DNA of 46,613 nucleotides from Minisyncoccota bacterium (GTDB lineage Bacteria; Patescibacteriota; Minisyncoccia; Phycocordibacterales; UBA918): the NCBI GenBank assembly GCA_043750495.1, contig JAYVBM010000014.1, forward strand, positions 1-46,613, in the 5' to 3' direction. Below, piece by piece: positions 1 to 9,152 of the stretch; within the stretch, counting starts at the first letter, position 1; every line of letters begins with the position of its first letter. A program made the position numbers and the translations under genes. The notes below the pieces were generated by a model. It ran no database searches. It was not told where the DNA came from and was given only the letters and a program-made list of their open reading frames with translations.

Positions 1-9
1 GCACACAAG

Positions 10-36
10 AAAAAAGCGCCTTATGGGGGCTTTTTT
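10..36 (+). terminator. hairpin plus T6, probably ending a gene that lies outside the window
   Basis: aaaaagcgcc-ttatg-ggggctttttt: short GC stem with one mismatch, followed by TTTTTT. Confidence 0.4.
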
Positions 37-81
37 CGTGTACCGTTATCGAAAAATAATGCGCGTTTTAAACTTAGTCTT

Positions 82-90
82 TGCTATAAT
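82..90 (+). promoter_or_regulatory. extended -10 element TGcTATAAT, 6 nt before ATG 97 (leaderless-type promoter)
   Basis: TGCTATAAT at 82-90, then caacac, then the ATG. No purine-rich SD in between. Confidence 0.5.
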
Positions 91-96
91 CAACAC

Positions 97-1002
97 ATGG
101 AATGGATTGTATTTGCCTTGATTGGTCCTTTGTTTTGGACTGTATCTAACTTCATTGATAAATACGCTATCGAGAAAATTACAAAAGGCATAGCGGACTA
201 TGCTTTTTTTGGAAGCATTGGACCAATTGTGGTTATCTCCATTCTCCCTATTTTCTTTACAATAAACAGCCCCAGTCTAATTTTATTGTTGACCACTATG
301 GTTGGAGGATTTTTTCTCAACTACACGTACATGCTGTACGGAGTGACCTTGTTTCATGCCGACGCTTCAAGAGTAATCCCGATACTGCAGCTAAAATCTT
401 TAGTGGTTTTATTGTTTGGAATTCTACTCTTTGGAGAATTCTTAACGGGTACACAATTCTTTGGTTTCCTAGTAACTATGTCTGGAGTTTTACTATTAAG
501 CCTAGACCTCACTGAAATTAAAGCCCCGAGACTAAACAAGTGGACCCTCCTAGCGCTCGCTGCAACATGTTCCTTCGCATTCGTATTCTTGTTAAACGAC
601 TTCTCAGTTGAAAACTTGGATGTTCCGTCTGTTATATTCTATTTCGATATCGGCTTCTTGGCCGCTTCTGCCTCTTATTTACTATTCCCAAAGTGGAGGG
701 CTCAGATACTAGAAGGTCTACGAACAGCCACCTGGAAAAAGGTCGGTTTATTTGCAGTCAATGATGCAGCTGACGAGATTGGTCAATTCTGCTCTAAGAT
801 GGCTCTCTCAACAGCGCCCGCTGCAGCACTAGTGTCGGTGGTGAACGGAATCCACTCTTTTTATGTTTTAATCGTTGGAATTGTTCTTACTATCTGGTTT
901 CCGTCTGTGACTAAAGAAGATATTTCTAAAAAAGCTTTGCTCCAAAAATCTTTAGGGGCGTTAATTGTCTTTCTTGGAGTTGCCCTCATCCAAATATTCT
1001 AG
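97..1002 (+). CDS. EamA/DMT-family membrane transporter
   Basis: 301-aa ORF that is almost entirely hydrophobic helices arranged in two similar halves, as in drug/metabolite transporter (EamA repeat) proteins. Confidence 0.7.
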   Translation: MEWIVFALIGPLFWTVSNFIDKYAIEKITKGIADYAFFGSIGPIVVISILPIFFTINSPSLILLLTTMVGGFFLNYTYMLYGVTLFHADASRVIPILQLKSLVVLLFGILLFGEFLTGTQFFGFLVTMSGVLLLSLDLTEIKAPRLNKWTLLALAATCSFAFVFLLNDFSVENLDVPSVIFYFDIGFLAASASYLLFPKWRAQILEGLRTATWKKVGLFAVNDAADEIGQFCSKMALSTAPAAALVSVVNGIHSFYVLIVGIVLTIWFPSVTKEDISKKALLQKSLGALIVFLGVALIQIF

Positions 1003-1102
1003 CCGGGATACTTAAGCAAGTTCGAACATCGTTGAACAGGGTGCACAATTCCGAGTCGGAGACAGCGCGTCTTGACGCTTATAAGTATAGTAGAATAATT
1101 AT

Positions 1103-1519
1103 ATGGAGATACCAGAATGTTTTTATCGTGTGAGTGTTAAGGCACTTGTCTTAAACGAGACTAGGGATAAATTTCTCATTTGCGAAGAAGAAAGTGGCTT
1201 TTGGGATTTGCCTGGTGGTGGACTCGACTTCGGTATGACGCCGCAAGAGGACTTGCCACGAGAGATCCAAGAGGAAATGGGTCTACCAGTAACAAGAATC
1301 GCTGAGTACCCGTCATATTTTGTGACAGAAAAGAAAACAACTAAGGACCAATGGAAGGCGTGTGTATTGTACGAAACAGAGCTGGCACACTTAGATTTCA
1401 CACCATCGGAAGAGTGTATTGGCATTCGCTTTGTAGACGAAAGTGATATCGAGAATATGAATGTATTTACGTGCGTAAAGAAAATCGCGAAGATGTTCAA
1501 ACCTGAGAACCATGCTTAG
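1103..1519 (+). CDS. NUDIX hydrolase
   Basis: Nudix box GGGLDFGMTPQEDLPREIQEEMGL (GX5EX7REUXEEXGU). TAGAAT lies 6 nt before the ATG. Confidence 0.85.
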   Translation: MEIPECFYRVSVKALVLNETRDKFLICEEESGFWDLPGGGLDFGMTPQEDLPREIQEEMGLPVTRIAEYPSYFVTEKKTTKDQWKACVLYETELAHLDFTPSEECIGIRFVDESDIENMNVFTCVKKIAKMFKPENHA

Positions 1520-1552
1520 AAAATGGCGGTTGCGTAGCAGCCGCCATTTTCT
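1518..1552. terminator. bidirectional hairpin terminator between convergent genes
   Basis: agaaaatggcgg / ccgccattttct 12-bp stem flanked by A/T runs. Confidence 0.7.
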
Positions 1553-2411
1553 ATTTCTTCTTGGTAACTTTTCTTTTTGTCTCAGAAATAATATGTATAT
1601 CTCTTTGCGGAACGGGAATGACTATCTTGGCTTTATCGAGGGCTTGCTTGCAGGTTTCGGTCAGCTGAAAGTAGTATTTTTGCTCAAACCCGGCATCCTT
1701 AACCCAGATTCGAACTAATAAGTTAACTCCCGAATCGCCAAGCTTATCTGCCACCACGGCCGGAGGAGGAGTCTTAAGAACACCCTTGATGCTAGAAACC
1801 GCTTCGATTAATGCCTTACGCGCTTTTTCAATTGGAACTCCAAAACCAATGGTTACCTTGGCGGTAATACGCAAAATACCCTCTTCAGAATAGTTAATCA
1901 CGGGAGAACTGGTGACCAGGGAGTTTGGCACACTAATGAAGGTGTTATCGAGCGTACGGATTTTTGTAGTCCGAAGTGAGATACTCACAACTTCGCCGTA
2001 ATTGTCAGCAATTCGTACCCAATCTCCGGCCGCATACAGCTTGTCTACAAAAATTCCAAATCCAGAAAAAATATTGGCGATGGTCTGTTGGGCAGCAAAC
2101 CCAATTGCTAAACCGAGCACACCGATACCCGCTACCGCTGCGGTAACATTTATACCAACCTGTCCCAGTACGACAACAAATCCTACGATGATGACAGCCC
2201 AACGATATAGCGAGCGGACCGTAATCTGCACAAGCGCCTCTTGCATAGCCGTCTTGCGTAGACCAGCTTCGAAGATACGGGCAGAGATTAAATAGAAAAC
2301 TACAATAGAAAATACCGCCACTGCCGCCGAAATAATGTCCGGGACAAACGACCATACGGTCTCCACCGCAGCCTGCCGATCGAAACTAATGTGTGACAGG
2401 AACCAATCCAT
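1551..2411 (-). CDS. mscS: small-conductance mechanosensitive channel (MscS family)
   Basis: N-terminal TM helices followed by the MscS beta-domain signature (AAGDWVRI..GEVVSISLRTTKIRTLDNTFISVPNS). Confidence 0.85.
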   Translation of the reverse strand: MDWFLSHISFDRQAAVETVWSFVPDIISAAVAVFSIVVFYLISARIFEAGLRKTAMQEALVQITVRSLYRWAVIIVGFVVVLGQVGINVTAAVAGIGVLGLAIGFAAQQTIANIFSGFGIFVDKLYAAGDWVRIADNYGEVVSISLRTTKIRTLDNTFISVPNSLVTSSPVINYSEEGILRITAKVTIGFGVPIEKARKALIEAVSSIKGVLKTPPPAVVADKLGDSGVNLLVRIWVKDAGFEQKYYFQLTETCKQALDKAKIVIPVPQRDIHIISETKRKVTKKK

Positions 2412-2421
2412 ATACGCACTA

Positions 2422-2451
2422 AGTATACCCCCATACTAACTTTACTGTCAC
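2422..2451 (-). promoter_or_regulatory. promoter-like GTGACA-N18-TATACT inside the 3' arm of the hairpin element, 10 nt before the mscS ATG
   Basis: minus strand reads GTGACAgtaaagttagtatgggggTATACTtagtgcgtatATG. Confidence 0.4.
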
Positions 2452-2562
2452 TCTGTTTTTCGTTAACTTTTCCACAAACATATAGACTATTATGCACGCG
2501 AACTTTGCACTTGGGTGAAATTTATCCGCAATACAACAGCAAAGTTAGTGCCGGGGGTATAC
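2423..2562 (-). repeat. hairpin element copy 1 (~140 bp, minus orientation)
   Basis: The reverse complement fits the family consensus GTATACCCC..CACTAACTTT..CTGT ... GAAAAACAgAGtGACAgtAAAGTTAGT..GGGGTATAC. The terminal ~26 nt are inverted repeats. Confidence 0.85.
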
Positions 2563-2629
2563 CGTACACAATGTACTAAATTTGCTTGCTTTGTTTAAAT
2601 CTCTACAGCTTACATTGCGCTTGTAGTGA

Positions 2630-2765
2630 TATACCCCCACACCAACTTTCCTGTTGTTTTTGCGACAAAGACAACAGATATCGACCCTGGTAGCGCAGAC
2701 AAAGATACCTGTTTATTAAATACTGAATAAAAGAGAGCGACAGGAAAGTTGGTGTCGGGGTATAC
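2630..2765 (+). repeat. hairpin element copy 2 (~136 bp)
   Basis: tatacccccacaccaactttcctgt...acaggaaagttggtgtcggggtatac. The arms pair with each other and carry compensated changes relative to the other copies. Confidence 0.85.
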
Positions 2766-2766
2766 T
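2737..2766 (+). promoter_or_regulatory. promoter-like GCGACA-N18-TATACT in the 3' arm of copy 2, 6 nt before ATG 2773
   Basis: GCGACAggaaagttggtgtcggggTATACTtggtctATG. Confidence 0.4.
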
Positions 2767-2772
2767 TGGTCT

Positions 2773-3858
2773 ATGAATATTTTTGTGGAAGGGCTGGTGT
2801 GGGTACTGGTTTCGTACCTATCACTCACGAACTCCCTTGCAACACACATTGAATCCTGGCTACCGGCTGAAGAAGTCGAGATAGAGACTGCTGTTGAAGA
2901 GGAGGTCTCTTTCTTAAACTTACCTACCATCTTTGGGCAATCCATCCCTGACATTCTTCTTCGTAGTAGCGAATATCAACAAGCTGCCCTCGGTGCAGCC
3001 GCCGGACTAACCGGCAGTACCACAGATGACCCGTTTGATGCTCTAGTAAATATTTTTTGCACCTTCAAGACAGATGATTACATTCGCACCACGACCGGTA
3101 CCGGCTTCTTTATTGACCCAGATGGCATCATCATGACCAACGCACACATAGCGCAATTCCTTCTACTGGAAAAAACCGACAGTTTTGGTGACGCTGACTG
3201 CATCGTCAGGAGCGGAAGCCCTGCGGCGCCACGCTATAAGGCTGACCTACTCTATATCCCCCCGACATGGATAAGTGAGAACGCTACTCTAATCAATGAC
3301 TCTGCCCCAATGGGTACAGGTGAACGTGACTACGCCCTCTTGTATGTGAGCGAGGATGTTGACAACAACCCCCTCCCCGCCAGATTCCCCGCATTGTCTT
3401 ATGATGACGAACTACTCCCAACTTCAGTTCGTGAAAGCGAAGTAGTGGCGGCCGGCTACCCAGCGCGAGACCTTATCAAAAACGGAGCCAGTACCGACTT
3501 ACTTGCTAAAAAGGCCACCACGTCTATTTCTGAGCTCTACACCTTTGGTTCAAACTACGCTGACGTCTTTTCCGTAAGAGGGAGTGTCGTGGGGGCGGAA
3601 GGTGCCTCTGGAGGTCCAATCATTGACGACAACGGTAACGTCATCGGAATGATAGCTACCCGAGGAGACGATGATGTTGATGGTGAAGGTAGTTTACGCG
3701 CCATTACACTCTCGCACATCAATCGCACAATTAAGGAAGAGACCGGCTTTACACTTACCGACAACCTCGCTGGCAATCTCCCCTACCGCGCAAAAATATT
3801 TGCAGATACTATGACGCCTTTCTTGATACAAACACTTGAGAAAGGTAAAGACGAATAA
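2773..3858 (+). CDS. membrane-anchored trypsin-like serine protease (S1 family)
   Basis: Hydrophobic N-terminus, then candidate triad motifs TNAHI, DYALLYV and GASGGPIID. I prefer the start at ATG 2773, because the TTG at 2749 lies inside the repeat element. Confidence 0.75.
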   Translation: MNIFVEGLVWVLVSYLSLTNSLATHIESWLPAEEVEIETAVEEEVSFLNLPTIFGQSIPDILLRSSEYQQAALGAAAGLTGSTTDDPFDALVNIFCTFKTDDYIRTTTGTGFFIDPDGIIMTNAHIAQFLLLEKTDSFGDADCIVRSGSPAAPRYKADLLYIPPTWISENATLINDSAPMGTGERDYALLYVSEDVDNNPLPARFPALSYDDELLPTSVRESEVVAAGYPARDLIKNGASTDLLAKKATTSISELYTFGSNYADVFSVRGSVVGAEGASGGPIIDDNGNVIGMIATRGDDDVDGEGSLRAITLSHINRTIKEETGFTLTDNLAGNLPYRAKIFADTMTPFLIQTLEKGKDE

Positions 3859-3860
3859 AG

Positions 3861-3890
3861 AAAAAGGCGCGCCGGATGGCGCGCCTTTTT
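3861..3890. terminator. bidirectional hairpin terminator
   Basis: aaaaaggcgcgcc-ggat-ggcgcgccttttt, a perfect 13-bp stem. Confidence 0.8.
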
Positions 3891-3904
3891 CTTTACATAA
3901 ATTT

Positions 3905-5281
3905 TTATTCAATCGCGCCTGCTTCAGTTGCGGCCTCTGACTCTCCAGGCAATGTCTCTGTTGAGGTGGTAGCGGACTCTTGAGGGAACGCCTGAGTCCC
4001 GACGGCGCTTGAAGTGTTGATGCCGGAAGCATTTACGAGAAGGAGCGCATCACTCAATATCGCATTACTTTCTTTAGCGAGCTTGAGCGCGCTAGCAACT
4101 TCAGTAGTGGAGGCGATTATATTTTTATTGGCAAGAGAAACCTCCAGTGAGTAGTCTACCTTTTCGGCTAACGCTAAAGAAAACTGCGGCATTAAAGTCT
4201 TAAGAATCTCTTGTTTTCGATACACTTCAGACGACACGCGTGAAAGTTCTTGTTTTTGTTCCTCTTCAGTCAAGATAATCGGCACAATCGTTTCAAGTGC
4301 AATCGCGCGATTGGCTTCTATGTCGCTCATGTACACTACTAATTTTTGCGTCTGTTGAAGTACCTCAACTAGTTGTTCACTGGCTGAAATTTCGTTTTCT
4401 CCGCGGAGACTTTTTGATTTTTCTATACTACGATTTACATCTTCAAGCCGCCGATTGAGATCTTGACGTAGCTGATCATCGGGTCCAATTGAAAGAGAGC
4501 TGAGCAATTCATACGCTCGGGTGGTGTTGATTTCTACCCGCGCCATGATTTTGTCGTAGGCTGGGATGCCAGCTGACTCGACCTGGGATTCGTTGGCCGA
4601 GAGCGACTCATTAATTACATCGACAACCATTTGAGCTGGATTGCCAGAAGCGACGTCGTTCATCGCGAGTGCCAAGGTCGTATTTCCCTCTTCTTGAAGT
4701 GACGCTGATTGTAGCTCCAAAGTAGTCGTGAGTTGGATTGAAGCAAGAGTGGCCTGATCAACGTCGCTTTCTCGCATGACATCAATCTCGTGCTGCACGA
4801 TTTCGGTGTGTTCTTTTACGGCAGCAGCAATTTCTGCTTCCACTTCGTTCGTGAGCTTACCTTCATTAGCCAAAAGACGGGCTTCAGAGATTCGGCGGTT
4901 AATGCGCTCGGTCTCCCATTCGACTTTTCCGTATGAAGTTAAAGTCAGAGTACTACGCACCTCTTCACTAAACCGAACTTTCACTGCGTATAGATTGTCG
5001 CCTGGCACGGCCTGCTCGGCCAAAACTGGCACCACGACGAGCAAAAATGCCGCTGCGGCCGCTGACCACTTTAATACTATTGAAAAAGGAATTTGGACGA
5101 TATTATAAGGAGAGAGGGCCGCCATTTGAATGGGACTCTTGACTGACTTCCTTAGTGCTGGGGTCTGCAGTGGGTGATATTCCATATACGAAACAACCCG
5201 CGCGCGCAGTTCACGTCGTTCAGCCGCCTGTAGCTTTACAGTAGTGGCTTTTGTATGAAGTTGTTCGCTAAAGCGTTTCAT
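3905..5281 (-). CDS. putative anti-sigma factor / membrane protein (DUF5667-like)
   Basis: Starts 2 nt after the ECF sigma stop. It has a single TM (AAAAAFLLVVVPVLA) and a long helical extracytoplasmic part. The role is inferred from position. Confidence 0.5.
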   Translation of the reverse strand: MKRFSEQLHTKATTVKLQAAERRELRARVVSYMEYHPLQTPALRKSVKSPIQMAALSPYNIVQIPFSIVLKWSAAAAAFLLVVVPVLAEQAVPGDNLYAVKVRFSEEVRSTLTLTSYGKVEWETERINRRISEARLLANEGKLTNEVEAEIAAAVKEHTEIVQHEIDVMRESDVDQATLASIQLTTTLELQSASLQEEGNTTLALAMNDVASGNPAQMVVDVINESLSANESQVESAGIPAYDKIMARVEINTTRAYELLSSLSIGPDDQLRQDLNRRLEDVNRSIEKSKSLRGENEISASEQLVEVLQQTQKLVVYMSDIEANRAIALETIVPIILTEEEQKQELSRVSSEVYRKQEILKTLMPQFSLALAEKVDYSLEVSLANKNIIASTTEVASALKLAKESNAILSDALLLVNASGINTSSAVGTQAFPQESATTSTETLPGESEAATEAGAIE

Positions 5282-5283
5282 GA

Positions 5284-5916
5284 TTATTTTTTCTTGGTGC
5301 GGTTCTTTTCTGCCTGGACATCTTGACCCTCTATTTTTTGCCGAAGCATTTTAAGGCCACGGTGGATTCGGACAGAAACCACATTCTCAGATTCCTCTAT
5401 AAGTTCACTGATTTCACGCGGACCGAGCTGGTCGACAAAGCGTAAAATGATCACTTCTTTGTACTGATCAGGTAGTTCATCAAGTAATTCAAAGGCCTTT
5501 TTGCCATCGATTGTCGCCGCCAGGGCCTCGGCTGTACTTTCTGACAACTCGTCAAATGAGCCCTCGTCCACTCCATCAAGCTCAAATAAGGCATCCAAGG
5601 ATGACTCTTTTCGGCGCCGATACTCGTCAATTATTAGATTGTTGAGTACTTTATATAAAAATGGCCGAAACGTGTCGATTTCATACCCATTTCGTAGGTA
5701 GGTCCAGACCTTGGTAAAAGTGTCATGGACCAAATCTACCGCTTTCTCTCTGTTACTAACGCGCAAAAACGCATGCCGAAACAAGGCGTCATTGAACTCA
5801 TCAAACGCTTTCAAAAAGCGCTCCTCCTGGTTTTCCTCTATGTCGTGTGTCTTCCTAACTCCCGGCATGTGGAAACCATTATACGCGAAGACGCTGGAAA
5901 AGCCGAAGTCTTTCAT
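5284..5916 (-). CDS. ECF-type RNA polymerase sigma-70 family factor
   Basis: Region 2 (AVDLVHDTFTKVWTYL..FRPFLYKVLNNLIIDEYRRR) and region 4 HTH (PREISELIEESENVVSVRIHRGLKMLR). The start could also be the internal Met at 5868. Confidence 0.85.
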   Translation of the reverse strand: MKDFGFSSVFAYNGFHMPGVRKTHDIEENQEERFLKAFDEFNDALFRHAFLRVSNREKAVDLVHDTFTKVWTYLRNGYEIDTFRPFLYKVLNNLIIDEYRRRKESSLDALFELDGVDEGSFDELSESTAEALAATIDGKKAFELLDELPDQYKEVIILRFVDQLGPREISELIEESENVVSVRIHRGLKMLRQKIEGQDVQAEKNRTKKK

Positions 5917-5987
5917 GCTTTTCCCCAGTCAGATGGGCCGGCGCTCCGCGCCGACCCACTTTTCCCTAAAAACACTTTATTTTAAGC

Positions 5988-6728
5988 CTATTCAGGCACC
6001 ATATCCCACATAAACAGAAAAAGCTCCTTGTAAGTACTAATTATCTCTTCGTCTTCAATAACGATAGCGGTCATGGGTGTAGATAGCTTCATAATAACCA
6101 TCAAACGTGGAGTGATAGTAATGTCCGAGCTTAGTTTCATGTGTTTTGGTAATACCTTCACCTGATTTCTTAGTAGAGTTTCTTTACTTTTATGCAGGTT
6201 GGCCCTAGCTGAATCTTGAAATATAAGTCGTGTATCAAGTGTAATCCTCTCCCGCCACTTGAGATATTTTTCCTGCAGTCGGGGATCGACATCATGCCAG
6301 CCTAAGTCTCCGCCAATACCGTAACGAAATTCGCCGGATTTGGTTTCGTCCATGAACCGGTCAATGATTGTCTGCATAGCTGGTAGGCCTTCGTAGGTCT
6401 TAATCAATTTTGATTTACCTGATTTTTTAAATAAAACTTCCAAGTCAGGAATGATATCCTGTACTTTTGAAACTTTTTCTTCGACCACTCGCAATAGCTG
6501 TTTAGGGTCTTCTGCGACAAAGACCTTTTTAAAACTAACTTCATCAATCCGAAAAAGTGCTTGCGTCACCAAGGAGTCGACAACGTCATATATGCTCGCC
6601 CGCTTTAAGTTTGTATACTGCGCCAACTTCAAAACAGTGGTTGGACCGAGCACAAGGCCAGCATGGTACACCAACGCTTCTTTCTCAGTTAGACCGCTTT
6701 CAATAAGTTTTTTAATAGTTTTGTTCAT
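5988..6728 (-). CDS. TrmB-family transcriptional regulator
   Basis: N-terminal winged HTH: LTEKEALVYHAGLVLGPTTVLKLAQYTNLKRASIYDVVDSLVTQAL. Confidence 0.7.
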   Translation of the reverse strand: MNKTIKKLIESGLTEKEALVYHAGLVLGPTTVLKLAQYTNLKRASIYDVVDSLVTQALFRIDEVSFKKVFVAEDPKQLLRVVEEKVSKVQDIIPDLEVLFKKSGKSKLIKTYEGLPAMQTIIDRFMDETKSGEFRYGIGGDLGWHDVDPRLQEKYLKWRERITLDTRLIFQDSARANLHKSKETLLRNQVKVLPKHMKLSSDITITPRLMVIMKLSTPMTAIVIEDEEIISTYKELFLFMWDMVPE

Positions 6729-6870
6729 TCTGTCGAGAAAAGTTTCAAAATAGTAGCTCTATTTTCCTTTATTTAATCATGATTTAACATTTCCGTCGAC
6801 ATTTTGGACAATCTAGCAAGTATTCTCTAAAGTATTACTAGATTAGCTCTTTGTTAGAAAGGAAACGCAG

Positions 6871-7332
6871 GTGACCACAATTACATTACCCCTAAAGATG
6901 TGCGGCGCTCTCATGAGAGTAGTTGACTCCGAAAAACGAGCTTTGGCATTCATGAAACATGAGTTATCTCTTAAACCAGAAGACGATTTCCCTGACCTCA
7001 TTGGGATTTCTTATCCTTGTCACAAAGACTACAACTTCATGATGGGCCCAGCGATGTGGCAGGACTGCAGCATCGAAGGAGAACACGGGCATCTCCTTCT
7101 TCAGTGCGACGACGGTACAGCTCTTTTGCCCCATACCATACGTTGCCAAGCTGATGTTGAACAAGTGATTGCTGATCTAGTTAAAGCAAAAACGCTTGGT
7201 TTTGGTAACGAGCCGCAAGCAAGTGCCCTGGCATTTGTTCTTGGAAACGACCCTGTTACCAAAAAATTACCTGTTGGGTCGGAATACCCTATCGAAGAGC
7301 ATGATTTAAGGCAACTTGGTTGGTGGTTGTAA
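6871..7332 (+). CDS. hypothetical protein
   Basis: 153-aa ORF with a GTG start after aggaaa. No recognisable motif. Confidence 0.4.
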   Translation: MTTITLPLKMCGALMRVVDSEKRALAFMKHELSLKPEDDFPDLIGISYPCHKDYNFMMGPAMWQDCSIEGEHGHLLLQCDDGTALLPHTIRCQADVEQVIADLVKAKTLGFGNEPQASALAFVLGNDPVTKKLPVGSEYPIEEHDLRQLGWWL

Positions 7333-7366
7333 AATCAAAGGCTCGCGCACCGCGCGGGCCTTATTT

Positions 7367-7984
7367 TTATCTATGCAAACTCTTTATTTTATCAAGTAAT
7401 TCAGGAAATTCTGGTATTAAAAAATGGTTTTTATCCTCAAAGGTAATTACGTATGCCTCCGGCAGAGCTTCTTTATATTTAAGTGCATGTTCATAGGGCA
7501 CCACAAAATCGTCTTTAGAATGCATAATAACTATGGTACTGACCTTTTCAGTCAAAACACTGAGATCATCTGTATCGAAAGTGAAATCTCCACAATCGTC
7601 ACTTTCACCATCGATTGGTTCAAAGGGTGGAGCTAAAAGTACCATTGCCTTTAAAGAAAATGGTAGTGTTTCTTCAATTAGATACTTAACGAAGAACATC
7701 GCCCCAAGCGACCAGCCGACTAAAATGACATCGCCATCTAAATATTCAAAGTGCCGTTCAAACCATATTTTCCAGTCTTCATACTTAGCGTTCTGACTGT
7801 TCGGCATCGACGGCATAAAGACTTCGTACCCTTCTCCAAGGTCGTCTTTGAAGGTGTCGGTCCATTTCTTAAGTCTGGGCAAGTTGGGCAAATCTCTTGG
7901 GATGCGGCTTCGCAAATCGTCCAAAAAAGCGTCATGGTCGCTATATGAATCACCGCCGTGAATATAAAATACCTGCTGTTTCAT
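7367..7984 (-). CDS. alpha/beta-fold serine hydrolase (YdeN/RBBP9-like)
   Basis: VFYIHGG, nucleophile elbow GWSLG, HSKDDFVVP. Start set at MKQQ (7984) to avoid overlapping corA. Confidence 0.7.
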   Translation of the reverse strand: MKQQVFYIHGGDSYSDHDAFLDDLRSRIPRDLPNLPRLKKWTDTFKDDLGEGYEVFMPSMPNSQNAKYEDWKIWFERHFEYLDGDVILVGWSLGAMFFVKYLIEETLPFSLKAMVLLAPPFEPIDGESDDCGDFTFDTDDLSVLTEKVSTIVIMHSKDDFVVPYEHALKYKEALPEAYVITFEDKNHFLIPEFPELLDKIKSLHR

Positions 7985-7994
7985 TGTCTGTTGA

Positions 7995-8936
7995 TTATAG
8001 CCATTCGTTCTTTCTAAAGTACCACACAACAAACCCTACACTCGCCAAAATAATACCCACAACCGCCCAAAAAGCATGCGGAGTATCTGCAAGCGGGAGT
8101 GGTACATTCATGCCAAAAAGAGATGCAACAATCGTCGGGATTGTGAGCAGAATAGTGAGGACCGTTAGGGTTTTTATGGTTGTGTTCAAATTGTTAGCCA
8201 AAATCGCTTCGGTCGCGCTGCGGACATTTTGAATTGTGTTTAAAACTGAACGCGCAGACTCAAAGAGTTGGGTATTATCAATAATTAAGTCCTCCATCAT
8301 CTCAACATCGTCGGAGTACATTTGAATATAGTTACCTTTTACGATCTTATTTAGAGCGGTATTTGTAGGCACTATCGCAGATATCATATCGTTCAACTTG
8401 TGTTCATACGTCACGAATTTTTCAATCTCGCGGTTTCCAATTCGACGCAATCTAGCTCTCTCCTTATGTACGCTTCGACGCAGCAATACCAACTGCTTTT
8501 CAAAAGAGCTGGTCACTTCTTGCATCATCTGAATAAACAACTTGGTTTTTTGGGTGGTATGAATCACTTCAGCACCAGTAAAAAAAGGCTTGAACTGGGG
8601 AATCTCTCGTTGCACTACCGTAAGCACAAATGACTCCCCCAACACGACTAAAAGAGGCGCTGTATCGGTATCTTCCTTCTTTTCATTAAAAGGATAGCGG
8701 GTAAAGAAGTACGTCACTCCTTCAGAACGTTCAAAACGCGGTACTTCGAAAAAGTCTTGGGCGTCTTCGATAATATCTTCATCCAAGGCAAGTTTCTTAA
8801 AGAGTTCTGATAACTCTTTTTCTGATGGCTCAACCGCATGAATCCAGACCCCGCTACGAAGATCAGTAATTTCCTTCAGGGCCTCATCTTTAATTGTCCG
8901 GAAGTAATATTTGATCATAAGAGAATTTTGATACAT
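7995..8936 (-). CDS. corA: CorA-family magnesium/cobalt transporter
   Basis: C-terminal two TM helices with the GMN motif (LFGMNVPLP). I prefer the start at ATG 8936 because the upstream GTG lies inside a hairpin. Confidence 0.85.
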   Translation of the reverse strand: MYQNSLMIKYYFRTIKDEALKEITDLRSGVWIHAVEPSEKELSELFKKLALDEDIIEDAQDFFEVPRFERSEGVTYFFTRYPFNEKKEDTDTAPLLVVLGESFVLTVVQREIPQFKPFFTGAEVIHTTQKTKLFIQMMQEVTSSFEKQLVLLRRSVHKERARLRRIGNREIEKFVTYEHKLNDMISAIVPTNTALNKIVKGNYIQMYSDDVEMMEDLIIDNTQLFESARSVLNTIQNVRSATEAILANNLNTTIKTLTVLTILLTIPTIVASLFGMNVPLPLADTPHAFWAVVGIILASVGFVVWYFRKNEWL

Positions 8937-8942
8937 GGTAAC

Positions 8943-8975
8943 ACAAAGGGTGTAGCCATAGGCCACACCCTTTGT
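8943..8975 (-). terminator. hairpin between tRNA-Pro and corA (terminator or processing signal)
   Basis: acaaagggtgt...acaccctttgt, a perfect 11-bp stem, with no clear U-tract. Confidence 0.4.
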
Positions 8976-8991
8976 CGTTTCTATACGTCTG

Positions 8992-9062
8992 TCGGGGAGC
9001 GGAGAATCGAACTCCGACCGCTCGGTCCCAAACCGAGTACACTACCACTATGCTACACCCCG
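8992..9062 (-). tRNA. tRNA-Pro (anticodon UGG), no encoded CCA
   Basis: Minus strand CGGGGTGTAGCATAGTGGTAGTGTACTCGGTTTGGGACCGAGCGGTCGGAGTTCGATTCTCCGCTCCCCGA folds as a cloverleaf with anticodon loop TTTGGGA. One T:T mismatch in the acceptor stem. Confidence 0.9.
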
Positions 9063-9090
9063 ATGAGCGAGAGACGTCATGTGTGAAGTG

Positions 9091-9152
9091 TATTAATCCT
9101 GAAATATAAGAAATAAAAGTGAACTTTAATTTCTTATATTTCAGGATTAATA
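9091..9152. repeat. perfect 23-24-bp inverted repeat with a 14-nt loop
   Basis: attaatcctgaaatataagaaat (9092-9114) and atttcttatatttcaggattaat (9129-9151). Confidence 0.9.

Noticed and set aside
2423-2765. The repeated units (here and at 43809-44079) as a CRISPR array
   Set aside because: The units are ~137 bp with large internal inverted repeats. They occur singly or in pairs at dispersed loci and share no short regular repeat-spacer periodicity. No cas genes are present.
2749-2772. TTG start at 2749 for the protease ORF (as in the ORF track)
   Set aside because: The extra 8 codons lie entirely within the conserved 3' arm of hairpin element copy 2. ATG 2773 begins a typical hydrophobic N-terminus and has the same spacing to the TATACT box as the other element-associated genes.
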